64,000 nt of DNA, taken from an uncultured Parachlamydiaceae bacterium (GTDB lineage: Bacteria; Chlamydiota; Chlamydiia; Chlamydiales; Parachlamydiaceae). A model generated the notes under the pieces. The model saw only the letters and a list, made by a program, of their open reading frames with translations. It ran no database searches and was not told where the DNA came from. Below are positions 24,749 to 35,448 of the stretch, piece by piece (within the stretch, counting starts at the first letter, position 1; every line of letters starts with the position of its first letter). A program made the position numbers and the translations under genes. Location: NCBI GenBank assembly GCA_963742415.1, contig CAVULX010000003.1, positions 768,001 through 832,000 of the forward strand, written 5' to 3'.

Positions 24749-25783
24749 CTATTCGGTACCGTAAAATTTAATCAAAGCGTCTGCTTTTTTTGGATGAGAT
24801 TCCTTAAGCTCTTGGTAAACTTGCAATCCTTTTGCATTCATCCCTTCTTTGAAATAGAGGGCTCCTAACTTGAATAGGGTTTCTTTGTCCTCAGGGTTAA
24901 GTTTTAATACGATCTCAAATTGATGGATCTCATCCAATGGCATATTTAAGTCATGATAGCTGTAAGCTAATTGCAAATGGACCCAAGGGTCATTGGGAGC
25001 ATAGTCACTAATGATATTTAATTCTTCAATCGCTTTTTGAGCGGTGAGGCGGAATTTTTCTTCTAAAGCGGCAATGTATTTCTCTGCTTGCCACCAACGG
25101 TCAGATTTTTTTTCGATTTGCTTGATGAGGCTGGAGTAAAGGGTGGAAAGCAAGACATAAGCATTAGCTAAAGCGGCGTGAATTTCGAGGCTCGTAGGCT
25201 CGCAATGCACTAGCTTGATGTGCTCCTGGATGGAGGTCATGAGAAGAATTTCTCTCATCTTATAAATATCTTGCCAATGCCACAGGTAACTGATCGATTC
25301 GACGAACGGGGCTAGAAAATTCAGCCATTGCGGAGGTTTATAGAAAGTATATTCTTTTCCGGCTAGATTTTCAGAAAGCCTGCAAGAAGCATTTGCTAGG
25401 GCCATGTGGTGTTCTATTTGCCCTTCCTGATAGTTTAAAAGCAACTTGCAGGAATGGATATATTGATCTTTTATTTCCAGCAATTTCTCAGGCTTGATTG
25501 TATTGAAATACAACCTGAAAATAAAACACGCAAAACAGGTCAAAAAAACGATGGCTAAGCCAAAAGACAAGAAAGAAGACTTAGATAAAAATGGGAAAAA
25601 AAGGATCAGGAAAAAAACTTCCACAAACCCAATGACACAAAACGATAAATTGAATAAAGCATAAGATTTGATGAAGTGATCCAGCTGTGGAAGGACTGGT
25701 TGTATAATTTGCGTCACAGGATCATGATAAAAATGTTGATCATCAGATAAAAGTTCTTCTGCTTTAGTTTCAAAGGAAGACAT
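24749..25783 (-). CDS. Two-TM protein with a C-terminal TPR domain
   Basis: APNDPWVHLQLAYSYHDL...LNPEDKETLFKLGALYF. Confidence 0.75.
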   Translation of the reverse strand: MSSFETKAEELLSDDQHFYHDPVTQIIQPVLPQLDHFIKSYALFNLSFCVIGFVEVFFLILFFPFLSKSSFLSFGLAIVFLTCFACFIFRLYFNTIKPEKLLEIKDQYIHSCKLLLNYQEGQIEHHMALANASCRLSENLAGKEYTFYKPPQWLNFLAPFVESISYLWHWQDIYKMREILLMTSIQEHIKLVHCEPTSLEIHAALANAYVLLSTLYSSLIKQIEKKSDRWWQAEKYIAALEEKFRLTAQKAIEELNIISDYAPNDPWVHLQLAYSYHDLNMPLDEIHQFEIVLKLNPEDKETLFKLGALYFKEGMNAKGLQVYQELKESHPKKADALIKFYGTE

Positions 25784-25859
25784 TTTAATATTCCTTTAGA
25801 GAGGTGTCACTAATATAACCTAAAACTCTTATTTTTAAGCAATGGAGAAGAGTATTGCG

Positions 25860-26780
25860 TTATACCGTTGCCTGAGGTTTGACAATGAAAGCAGTTTTGA
25901 GTTCCTCTTGATAAAAGAAAAACAACCCAAAGGACACAATCGTTAAAGAGAGATAAAAAGGCCAGCTGATCACCTCTCCTAAAACGATCCATCCAAAAAG
26001 GGCGCTAAACAGGGGAGTGCTTAAACCTGCAAAAGACATAAAGGTGGCTGAAAAGCGGCGCAGAAGAGCCCCATAAAGATTATAGCAGATAAAATTGGAA
26101 ACCAAAATCAAGAGCAACGCGCATGTGATAAAGGGAAAATATTCCGACACCGGAATTGGGTCCCAAGGTTCCTTAAAATAGGAATGAGCCAGAGCTGCTG
26201 CTCCTCCTAATAGCATGCTAACCCCATTCGCCGTCAGCGGGGAATATCCATCTTCTTGCACAAGTTGTTTAAGCAAGATCCAACCATAAACGCTGCAAAT
26301 GGCGGCCCCTATGACAGCTAATTCGGGCCAAGAAAAAATAAAAAATTGACCAGCCCTTTCTTCCGCAGTCGTTTGTGATAGAAGGATAGGAAACATTCCG
26401 GAAAACCCGATGAAAAGGCCTATCCATTTTTTTAGGGTGATTTTTTCCGAGAAGATAAAATAGGAAAAAACGGCTGAAACAAACGGAGAAAGGCTGTAGA
26501 TAAAACAGGTTTTGGAAGATGTCAAGTACTGGAGCCCCCAAAACTCAAAGACATTTGTTAAATAAATGCTAAACAAAGCCAAGCATATCAGACGCCATAT
26601 GTGAACCCTTTTAAAAGAAAATTTGTCGCGCCGAAATAAATATTGATATCCTAGCAATAGAATCCCTGCCAACATCATCCGGGAGCCAATTAAGAAAAGG
26701 GGATGGCTGTATTCCAATCCAATTTTGGAAATTGTGAATACGCTGGCAAAGAGAGCATAGAGAAGGAATACAAAAAACAT
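25860..26780 (-). CDS. DMT/EamA family transporter, resembling the chlamydial SAM transporter
   Basis: About 10 TM, two EamA halves; LTNVFEFWGLQYLTSSKTCFIYSLSPF; substrate is inferred from recall. Confidence 0.85.
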   Translation of the reverse strand: MFFVFLLYALFASVFTISKIGLEYSHPLFLIGSRMMLAGILLLGYQYLFRRDKFSFKRVHIWRLICLALFSIYLTNVFEFWGLQYLTSSKTCFIYSLSPFVSAVFSYFIFSEKITLKKWIGLFIGFSGMFPILLSQTTAEERAGQFFIFSWPELAVIGAAICSVYGWILLKQLVQEDGYSPLTANGVSMLLGGAAALAHSYFKEPWDPIPVSEYFPFITCALLLILVSNFICYNLYGALLRRFSATFMSFAGLSTPLFSALFGWIVLGEVISWPFYLSLTIVSFGLFFFYQEELKTAFIVKPQATV

Positions 26781-26861
26781 GGGATCCGTATGGTTAAATA
26801 ACGAAATAATACCTTCGGTACAGTATAATTAAGTGATTATTATAATTCAATTCATTTTTGC

Positions 26862-29800
26862 TTAGTTGTTCTCAAAGTCGTTTTTGTACTGTATGTTCTG
26901 TATCTCTTTCAGTTGCTTGATTAATTTATCTGCCTCTTTAGGGTTTAAAGCACGATAGGCCTGATAGAGGGTTTCCCGTTCTTTTTTGCTTTCTTTATGC
27001 CTTTCAAATAAGGGGTTATACACCAGAATCAAAAGTTCTTTTAGAGCGGCTTGGTTTGTTGGATCTATTTTTAAGGCTTTTTCCAGGGATATTTTAGCGC
27101 TTTCAAAATTTTTTATTTCAAGGTTAACAGAGGCTAAATCGAGATAGGCTTCTGCATTATTGGGTTGATACTTTAAAACCTGCTCCAAAGCATAAATGGC
27201 ATCAATGGGATTGTCGCTGTCATGGTAAATTTTAGCTAACTCATGCCATCCATCAGGGTCATCGGGAGTGTAGCGTAGATATTCTGTGATCGTATCGGCG
27301 GCTTTTGAGAAATTTTTTAATCCGACCAGGGTTAGCCCCAAATATTTTGCCGCATTCCCATACGAACGATCGAGCTTCAAGGCTTTTTGCAAGGTTTCGG
27401 ATGCGGCTTTATAATCCTCTAATAAGAATAAGGTTTTCCCTAATAAATAGTACGCTCTCGGGATATCTTTGTGCTCCTTGGTGATTTTCTCCAATATGAG
27501 ATAAGCCTGGCGCAGCTTAGGCATTTGTGTAATAGGAATATCGGGATGGACAAGGTTGATAGCTTGCGCATCATCGATGTAAGCATTTGCCAAATTCAAT
27601 TTCAAACTAATGTTCTCCGGATCGGCGTCTAAGTCTTTTTGGATGGTGTTTATCCGGCTTTCAATAGGGCCAAAAGCTTGCACATGTTCTTCTATAAATT
27701 TTTTTGCTTCAAGATTTTCTGGATCCAGATTCAAGGCCTTTTGGGCAAATTCTAGGGCCGTTGCAGGTTGGGAAAGGCGCTCATTTAACTTAGTCAGCAA
27801 CAATAACCCTTGGGGGGTTTTTTCAAGGTTTTGCCTAATCTTTTTGACTAGATCAGCGGCCTTATCATATTGCCCTTGTTGAATCCACAAATTTAACAAA
27901 GCCTCATTTGTTGACAAAGAACGATGGGTCTCTTTTGATGCTTTTTTGAGGACATCATTCACAAAGCGTTTGGAGTGGAGGATATCCATTTGATCTGCGA
28001 TGTCGAGCTGAATGTCTATAGGAAGCGGTGGAGTTTGTTGAAGCCACTTTTTTGCTATTTGCTGCGCTTCTGAAAACGCATTCATATGGATCAAACAGGC
28101 CAGATAATTGGGCAGATCATGGGGAAGCAATAAATTGTTTTTTTCTAGAAGCTCGTATTGCTTTAAAGCGTCTCGATAGCGGTGCATATCCATTAAAGCT
28201 TCTGCGTAGGATGACCGGTAGGTTAATGATTTGGGAAATAGATGGAAGAATTCGGTGTAAGCGGACACGCTGTCAACAGTATTTCCAAGCTGTATTTCCA
28301 CTCTCGCATACAAGGGAAGGGCTTGTTTAGCTATTTCACTTTCCCAGTTAGTCCCTTTGCTTTCTTTAAGGGCTTGCTGTAATGCGGCCTTGGCTTCATG
28401 TTCATCTCCCATTGATAGCAGCGTATCGCCTATTTCCAACCATACAAAAGGGGTTGGGGGTTGGATTTTCAGAAAATAGGAGAGCGCTTTGTTTAGGTCT
28501 CCTTTAATATTTTTATAATATTGACCGGCAATGAAATCGGGGGTCTGAGAGTCGAGAAAAATCGATTTAAAGGATTGAAAAGGGAGAGAGTAAGCTTGTT
28601 GAGGAGGTTGACTTGCATTCTCCAGGATATTTTGAAACAAAATTTCAGCTTCATCCATTTGTCCCAATGAAATCAGAGACCACAAAACTATGCTGCGCAT
28701 ACCATTTAAATTTCTGAAATCGGCAGGAAGTTGAAAATAATCATGAAACACACTTTCCCATTTACCCATTTTGTATTCAGCATAAGCCAATCCGGCAATA
28801 GATTCGGGGGTTTGTTGTTTAAGCTTTTTAAACCATTCTACACTTTGTTCGGGTTTATTTTTTTCCAATAAGCCGAATCCAATCCGCAAAACAAGATCGG
28901 CAGAAAGGTCATTTTGCGTCATTTTAGCCAATAACTCTGTTCCTTTATTACTATCTCCGGCCACAATTTCTGAAATAGCTAAAGCTTCTTGGTTAGCTTT
29001 GGAGGGTTCTTTCAGTTTGCTTAAATAAAGTAAGGCTTTGTCATAGTTAGAGGTTAAGTAATTCACCGTCCCCATAATATCCAGGGCAGATTGATTATCG
29101 GGTTCAAGCTCGAGCACCCAGGCGGCCTTTTTTTCCGCTGAGGTGTATTGCTTCCGGTCAAAGAATTCTTGAGCTTGCCTAAGTTGTTCTTTCCCATCTT
29201 TTTTTTCCTGCTCATCGAGTGAACTAATGTTAAGGTCTTGTTGGGCCTTCACAACAGATTTAAGAAGGGAAATGTCATTGTCGGATAACGACAATTCATA
29301 AGCTTGTTTAAGAGAGGCTGAGTAAACTGATTGCAGGGTTGCCCGTTCGGCGGGATTGAGAAAGGAAACAGCCAATTTTATTAAAGTTAAAGCTTTGTCT
29401 CGTTGTTCTTTGCTCTTCCATAAATTTTCTGCAACATAGACGAGCAGAGTTGCAAAAGCCAAGCGTTGTTGTGGATTTTTTACAATTTTTTGCCAAAATT
29501 CCACATAAGTGCGTGTTTGGTCAAGTTGTTCATCATCCAAAAGAACCATATTGACAGTCTCATTGCCTACAATGAGACTGATTTCCTCGGTTAGTTTATC
29601 CGGATTGGTTGAAAGGGAAGAGGCGGCCTCATAATACTTGTCAATAATGTCAACGTTTCCCATCGCTAGAGCATTTGAAAGTTGAACTTTTATTTTATCT
29701 AATAAGGCTTGTTTTTCTTGGGGATTAGAGACTAATTGATTCAAAACCTTGCTTAATTCTACGATCCCATCTCCTTTCGGCCTTACAATCTGCTCGTTAA

Positions 29801-30749
29801 AGGCCTTCAGGAGTTGGCCTCGTAAGGATTCTATTTCTGAATGCGCGCCCCAAGATTCATAGGCAGATAAGAAAAAGGGAAGCTCTTGGTAAAGGTGGCT
29901 TTTCAAATCGGTTTCCAGTTGCTTATTAAACAGAGAAAGCATTTTCTTCCGTTCGTTTTGATAACGTTCATTTTGGGCGGGAATACGGTTAAAATAAGAA
30001 AAAGCAAGTTTGTAATAAGGAGTTGCAGCGGCAGGAGATTTCCCTTGGGCCTCTTGAACATAGCTAGTTCCCAGCAACCAATAAAGCTCATTTTGAGTGT
30101 TTCCAGAGGCTTTATTTATTTCTTTTTCCAAATTTTGTCGGACTTGGAGGTAATTTCCCTTTGCAATATCGACCTTGGCTTGTTGGATAAACTTCCAGGA
30201 GGGTGTAAAGATGCTTTTAAAAGATTTTTCCATCCATGAAGAAATCGAAAAGTCGGGAAGCGATTGAGCTAAAAAAGGTTCTAACTGTTCATAGTGATCC
30301 TGTAAAGAGCTTTGCAAGGCTTTTAAAAAATTGGTTTTTTCATTGTGTTCTCCGAAAATTTGCGAAGCTTTTTGCAACGGGAGCGCCATGGCTTTGGGAT
30401 CATTCATAAGGTAGGCATTTAACGCTTGGTTCAGATAGATTTCTGTTAATATTCCGGTGTTTTCTTTATCTTTTTGCGCTACAGTTAAACTTTGAAGCAA
30501 TTGTTTATCAGAGGCTTCAAGATGGTCGCGTGCCCGCTCGATATAGGCTTCATAAAGATGATATTGAGCTTCCGGAAGCTCCTTTTCAGTCTCTTTTAAA
30601 AGATTTTCTGAAGCCTCGTATCGCCCCTTCAGATATAAACTTAAGGCTTCATCCACATTACTTTCGGCACTAGGCTTAAAATGAAGGTATATGAGAAAGA
30701 CTATAATCAACACCAATGTTGCAAAAATAAAATTACGAATTATCATCAT
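26862..30749 (-). CDS. Large membrane-anchored TPR-repeat protein
   Basis: N-terminal TM; many TPR units (AYYLLGKTLF, ALKIDPTN). Confidence 0.85.
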   Translation of the reverse strand: MMIIRNFIFATLVLIIVFLIYLHFKPSAESNVDEALSLYLKGRYEASENLLKETEKELPEAQYHLYEAYIERARDHLEASDKQLLQSLTVAQKDKENTGILTEIYLNQALNAYLMNDPKAMALPLQKASQIFGEHNEKTNFLKALQSSLQDHYEQLEPFLAQSLPDFSISSWMEKSFKSIFTPSWKFIQQAKVDIAKGNYLQVRQNLEKEINKASGNTQNELYWLLGTSYVQEAQGKSPAAATPYYKLAFSYFNRIPAQNERYQNERKKMLSLFNKQLETDLKSHLYQELPFFLSAYESWGAHSEIESLRGQLLKAFNEQIVRPKGDGIVELSKVLNQLVSNPQEKQALLDKIKVQLSNALAMGNVDIIDKYYEAASSLSTNPDKLTEEISLIVGNETVNMVLLDDEQLDQTRTYVEFWQKIVKNPQQRLAFATLLVYVAENLWKSKEQRDKALTLIKLAVSFLNPAERATLQSVYSASLKQAYELSLSDNDISLLKSVVKAQQDLNISSLDEQEKKDGKEQLRQAQEFFDRKQYTSAEKKAAWVLELEPDNQSALDIMGTVNYLTSNYDKALLYLSKLKEPSKANQEALAISEIVAGDSNKGTELLAKMTQNDLSADLVLRIGFGLLEKNKPEQSVEWFKKLKQQTPESIAGLAYAEYKMGKWESVFHDYFQLPADFRNLNGMRSIVLWSLISLGQMDEAEILFQNILENASQPPQQAYSLPFQSFKSIFLDSQTPDFIAGQYYKNIKGDLNKALSYFLKIQPPTPFVWLEIGDTLLSMGDEHEAKAALQQALKESKGTNWESEIAKQALPLYARVEIQLGNTVDSVSAYTEFFHLFPKSLTYRSSYAEALMDMHRYRDALKQYELLEKNNLLLPHDLPNYLACLIHMNAFSEAQQIAKKWLQQTPPLPIDIQLDIADQMDILHSKRFVNDVLKKASKETHRSLSTNEALLNLWIQQGQYDKAADLVKKIRQNLEKTPQGLLLLTKLNERLSQPATALEFAQKALNLDPENLEAKKFIEEHVQAFGPIESRINTIQKDLDADPENISLKLNLANAYIDDAQAINLVHPDIPITQMPKLRQAYLILEKITKEHKDIPRAYYLLGKTLFLLEDYKAASETLQKALKLDRSYGNAAKYLGLTLVGLKNFSKAADTITEYLRYTPDDPDGWHELAKIYHDSDNPIDAIYALEQVLKYQPNNAEAYLDLASVNLEIKNFESAKISLEKALKIDPTNQAALKELLILVYNPLFERHKESKKERETLYQAYRALNPKEADKLIKQLKEIQNIQYKNDFENN

Positions 30750-30954
30750 GACTTGCAGTCCTACAATACAAGATCGGATTTTATGCGATTTTCCCGAAGC
30801 GATACTTTTTTTTTGAATTCAGTTGTGCGCACTTGTCCGAGTTATACTCAAAGAGGCCACATCATTGTCAATAAACTTTTTCCTTTGCTGAAAAATAAAA
30901 CTTTTCTTAATCTAAGCTATGAGTTTTTTCTCTTGCAGACTTTTGGATTTTAAC

Positions 30955-31572
30955 ATGCTTCGTCCAATCTTGCTCCTTATCCTCGCCTTTTTTAATTGCA
31001 AGCTATTAGACGCTCACGATTTGGTCGATATTCAAGAATTCGATCCCAAAATCCACATCAATTCCGTTTATGCATCCGAGAATAACGACTTTGGAAAAGT
31101 TCTCTATCCCTCCTCTCGCATTTTTGTCGATCGGTATGTTGCGATAAGGCTTAAGCGAGTAGAAACAGAATTGGCTAAAGAAGGGATAGGTTTGGTCATT
31201 TATCAAGGCTATCGTCCCCCTTCGGTTCAAACGCTGTTCTCCAATTCCCATGGCGATTGTAAATACTGTCAAGCTTGGCATGCGGAAGATGCCCCCCATT
31301 ATACAAAAGGATTAGGGGTGGATGTATCGCTCTTTTATTTAAGTGGTCAACCTCTCGAAATGCCCTGCCTTTATGGTGAAATTTGCACGGCAGCTTCATG
31401 CAATTACATTTATTCTACAGCCCAAGCTTACCATAACCGATGTCTACTAGAAAAATATATGATGTCATGCGGATTTGTTCCCGATCAAAAAAAATGGTGG
31501 CATTTTGACCTAAAAAATTGCGATGAAGCTCCTAATTTAAATGTCGAATATCATGATCTTTTGAAAAATTAA
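30955..31572 (+). CDS. Exported M15D (VanX/DdpX-like) D-Ala-D-Ala dipeptidase homologue with altered catalytic motifs
   Basis: YASENNDFGKVLY, GYRP, G.GVDVSL and WWHF. Confidence 0.8.
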   Translation: MLRPILLLILAFFNCKLLDAHDLVDIQEFDPKIHINSVYASENNDFGKVLYPSSRIFVDRYVAIRLKRVETELAKEGIGLVIYQGYRPPSVQTLFSNSHGDCKYCQAWHAEDAPHYTKGLGVDVSLFYLSGQPLEMPCLYGEICTAASCNYIYSTAQAYHNRCLLEKYMMSCGFVPDQKKWWHFDLKNCDEAPNLNVEYHDLLKN

Positions 31573-31688
31573 GCTTGCATTCTTTATTAAAAAAACTTTA
31601 TGAGTGATTTTTGATAGTTGAAAAACACCCTCTAAAATACTTCGACTAAAAACATGAATATTTTATACTGGTCGAAAAAAGGTGTGCT

Positions 31689-32378
31689 ATGCAAAAACCA
31701 AAAATTCTTCTAATCGAAGATGAAGAAGACATCGCAGCGTTAATTAAATTACAAGCTGAAATTGCCGGATATAAGCTCCATGTCGAAGTCGATGGGTTAA
31801 ATGGCCTGAGAGCCATAGAAAGAGAAAAACCAGACTTGGTCATTCTAGACATCATGCTCCCTGGACAGAGCGGCTTAGATGTCTGCCGAAAAATTAAGAC
31901 AAATCCTGACTTAAAAGATACCCACGTCATCATGATCTCAGCTAAAAGCGAAGAGATCGATGTCGTATTAGGATTAGAACTTGGTGCCGATGATTATGTC
32001 ACCAAACCGTTCTCCCCAAAAGTGTTATTTTCTCGGGTCAGAGCTGTTTTAAGGCGAGGTAAAGAGCCTGAAAAGGCTGTCAAAGTCATTGAGTTCGGTC
32101 AATTCACTTTAGAAGCAGACCGGTATCAGCTCCGAAAAAAAGATAAATATATCCCCCTCACACTATCTGAATTCGGCATCTTGCGCCGCTTGCTCCTTAA
32201 TCGAGGTAAAGTTTTAACGCGCAATCAACTCTTGGACGATGTTCAAAACAGCGATGCGTTCATCGTGGACCGCAACATAGACGTTCATGTGGCTTCCTTA
32301 AGAAAAAAGCTCGGCCCTAACTTTGATTGGATTGAAACTGTTCGCGGCGTTGGCTACCGTTTCAAAGAAGAAGAATAA
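31689..32378 (+). CDS. OmpR/PhoB family response regulator (orphan in window)
   Basis: IEDE, LDIMLPG, GADDYVTKPF and C-terminal IETVRGVGY. Confidence 0.95.
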   Translation: MQKPKILLIEDEEDIAALIKLQAEIAGYKLHVEVDGLNGLRAIEREKPDLVILDIMLPGQSGLDVCRKIKTNPDLKDTHVIMISAKSEEIDVVLGLELGADDYVTKPFSPKVLFSRVRAVLRRGKEPEKAVKVIEFGQFTLEADRYQLRKKDKYIPLTLSEFGILRRLLLNRGKVLTRNQLLDDVQNSDAFIVDRNIDVHVASLRKKLGPNFDWIETVRGVGYRFKEEE

Positions 32379-32399
32379 AAAAAACTTTTTTTTAGCCTT

Positions 32400-33476
32400 C
32401 TAGTCATATCCAACACTTTTTTCCCTGCCCAATTCCTTCAACCTCACATAATGGGATCTAATTGCGCTTAAAAAGGTGGGATTTTCATGATAAGGAAGTC
32501 CGTGTTCTTCTGCAGTGGCTTTTACAATGGGCTGGATGGCCGGATAGTGGACATGGCAAATATAGGGGAACAGATGGTGTTCAATTTGATAATTTAAACC
32601 CCCAATAAGATGGGTTAATAGAAGATTGTGGGTGGCAAAATTTGCAGTCGTCAAAATTTCATGGGCTGCCCAATAATTGGCAATAGCCCCCTGATCGTCA
32701 GGCTCAAAATAACTGACATTATCTACAATGTGGGCAAGCTGGAAAATGATCGATACCATGATGCCCGCTGCAAAATGAGCGCTAAGGAATCCTAGCAAAA
32801 TAATCCAAAAAGGGAGATTGACCACCAGCAAAGGCAAAATGATCAGTAAAAAAATATTAAGAAACTTAAATCCAAAAAAAATCCCCAAATCTTTTCGAGG
32901 CATCCGCCCTTTTTGATATTCCTTCCACATAATTGTATAATCTGTATAAAAAATCCAATTGATCGACACTAAAGAATATAAGAAGATGGCATAAATATTT
33001 TGATAAAAATGGAAGGGATATTGATGGTCTTTAGGATTTAACCTAAGGAGAATCGCTTTGTTGATATCTTCATCATATCCAGGGATATTGGTATAGGTAT
33101 GATGAAGGGTGTTGTGGGTAATTTTCCAAGCTTCTGAACTTATTCCATTTAAGTCGTATAGATAACCCATCATCTTATTTACCCAAGGCTTTTCTGAAAA
33201 GGCTCCGTGGAGAGCATCATGAACGATGGTAAAATTAATCAAGCTGGTTGCTAAGCCAAAGAGCATAAAGGTAAATATAAAAGCAAGCGGGGACAATAAG
33301 TTAGAAAGGAGCGTAATGTATAAACCAAGCTGAATCAAAAGAACCACAGAGGCCTTCATCCAAAGAAGAGCATTCCCTTTTGTAGAAAGATGATTTTGAA
33401 CAAAATATCGATCTACCCTCTCTTTCAAGACTTTATAAAACTCTTTGTTTTGAGTGCCTTCGAACTTTATCTTCAT
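32400..33476 (-). CDS. Membrane fatty acid (acyl-CoA) desaturase
   Basis: His boxes HDALH, HNTLHH and QIEHH. Confidence 0.92.
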   Translation of the reverse strand: MKIKFEGTQNKEFYKVLKERVDRYFVQNHLSTKGNALLWMKASVVLLIQLGLYITLLSNLLSPLAFIFTFMLFGLATSLINFTIVHDALHGAFSEKPWVNKMMGYLYDLNGISSEAWKITHNTLHHTYTNIPGYDEDINKAILLRLNPKDHQYPFHFYQNIYAIFLYSLVSINWIFYTDYTIMWKEYQKGRMPRKDLGIFFGFKFLNIFLLIILPLLVVNLPFWIILLGFLSAHFAAGIMVSIIFQLAHIVDNVSYFEPDDQGAIANYWAAHEILTTANFATHNLLLTHLIGGLNYQIEHHLFPYICHVHYPAIQPIVKATAEEHGLPYHENPTFLSAIRSHYVRLKELGREKSVGYD

Positions 33477-33819
33477 ATGTTCCCCTTCTTTTATTTCACT
33501 CCTCAAAAGAGAAATTTGCAATAGTTTTTTTCCTGTCCTCAAAGTATTCAGGATAAGAATTAAAGATAAATTATTAGTTAAATATATTTAATAGATATTA
33601 TTAACTTTTATTATATTTTAATATTATTTTTTTATAAAAATAGTATTTTAATTTTTAAATAAATTTTATTTTGAAAAACTTTTTGCTTTGAGACGTAAAG
33701 CTTCTTGACTCAAGATGATATATTCCACTGTCCAAAAATATGGCATGGAATGCTACCTCAAAATATTGTCTGATAAGAAATTCAGCCTAAGGTAAGGTGG
33801 AGTAAACGGGAGAGATTAA

Positions 33820-34311
33820 GTGAGAGCTTTATATCCAGGTGTGTTTGATCCGCCTACGTTGGGGCATCTCGATATCATTCAGCGGGCTTCTTTGCTCTAT
33901 AGTTCTTTAATCGTGGGGATTACCGAAAATAGAAGCCTTAAGAAGCCGATCCTTTCTGTGGAAGATAGGGCGATGCTGCTTCGGAAGTGTACAACACATT
34001 TAAAAAATGTGGAAATCGTCCATTTTAGCTCTTTGACAGTGGAGTTCTGCAAACAACGGCAAATCGATGTGATGATCCGAGCCTTGCGCACATCGGCCGA
34101 TTTTGCGCATGAATTTTCTTTAGCTTCTGCGAATCGGCAAATGGCAGGGGTTGAGACATGCTTCTTGTTGGCCAGCCCCTGTTATAGTCATATTAGTTCT
34201 TCTCTCGTAAGAGAAATTGCCTTTTCAGGAGGTCGTCTGCACCATTTTGTGCCGGATGACATCGAAGAATTTGTATTCGAAAAATTAAATCAAAGCCCTA
34301 GAAAAGGATAA
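33820..34311 (+). CDS. coaD: Phosphopantetheine adenylyltransferase
   Basis: YPGVFDPPTLGHLDII, IRALR...DF..E and ISSSLVREIA. Confidence 0.95.
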   Translation: MRALYPGVFDPPTLGHLDIIQRASLLYSSLIVGITENRSLKKPILSVEDRAMLLRKCTTHLKNVEIVHFSSLTVEFCKQRQIDVMIRALRTSADFAHEFSLASANRQMAGVETCFLLASPCYSHISSSLVREIAFSGGRLHHFVPDDIEEFVFEKLNQSPRKG

Positions 34312-34671
34312 ACCAGATATTAAACAACAACAGCAGCGCCATTCTGTTCTTTGGCTTAGTATTCGTTTACAAGAGATATTAGACTTTATAGGTTGAGAAT
34401 TCTAAGGTATCGGTTTCAGGACGAAAAACATCAATATGCTTAATGATCTTTGAAAGACATTGGTTTTTGTATAAACAGGTGGGTCAAAATCATTCGGCCA
34501 AAGTATAGTATTTGTTGTTGAACTAAGTTTTGGGCTAAACATAACAAGTTATTATAAATATAATATAATGAAGTTATAACATGTATTAAAAAATTAACTG
34601 TATCCTTTTTTAATTATAAAAGTCAAATTAAAACACATATCAATTATATTAATATTCAACATCCACACACT

Positions 34672-35421
34672 TCATGATTGTTCGTAGTAGGCGGCGATCC
34701 CTTGGGCTATGCCCCAAGCGAGCTTTTTGATATAGACCGGATCTTTGAGCTTCAGCATTTCGTCATCATTAGTCAGGAAGCCCCCCTCAATTAAAATCGC
34801 GGGCATATTTGTTAAACGGATCACAGCGAAATCTCCATGTTTAACACCGCGTGATTTTGCTTGCGTGTTAGCAATCGTTTTATCCAAGACATTTCTGGCT
34901 AGAAGGCGGGAAGCTTGCACTCTTTTTTTATCCTGATCAGTCTTGTAAAAAAAGACTTCAATCCCATCTGCTTCTTTGCTTGGCGCCGAGTTATAATGGA
35001 CGCTCACAAATAATTTACCCTTTTTTTCATTAGCAAAAATAGCCCGTTGATCTAAGGGGATAAAGGTGTCGTCTGAGCGGGTCATAACGGTTGAAAAACC
35101 CAATTGTTTCAAAAAGGCGCTAAGTATTTTGGCGGTGGCTAAATTAAGGTTTTTTTCATAGTAGGTCGGTTTAGAGAGCGATTGAGCCCCGTAGTCATCC
35201 CCTCCATGACCCGGATCAATAATAATCAAAGCTCTATCTGCGTCATTTGTTTTCTTTTGCCCTAAGCCATATATCATCTCTTTTGGCATGGGGGGAAGAG
35301 GTGTCCCATTACCAACGTCTTTCACTCGGCATGGGGGCAATGAAGATGGGCAGACTTGAGATTTTGTACAAGCTGTCAATGTTAAACAAAAACAAATAAA
35401 TGTAAAAAAAACTTTAAACAT
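34672..35421 (-). CDS. amiA: N-acetylmuramoyl-L-alanine amidase
   Basis: IDPGHGG, EKNLNL, FVSVHYN and ILIEGGF; possible lipobox LTAC. Confidence 0.93.
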   Translation of the reverse strand: MFKVFFTFICFCLTLTACTKSQVCPSSLPPCRVKDVGNGTPLPPMPKEMIYGLGQKKTNDADRALIIIDPGHGGDDYGAQSLSKPTYYEKNLNLATAKILSAFLKQLGFSTVMTRSDDTFIPLDQRAIFANEKKGKLFVSVHYNSAPSKEADGIEVFFYKTDQDKKRVQASRLLARNVLDKTIANTQAKSRGVKHGDFAVIRLTNMPAILIEGGFLTNDDEMLKLKDPVYIKKLAWGIAQGIAAYYEQS

Positions 35422-35448
35422 AGTAGAGGATGAAATTTTTTCTATAGG

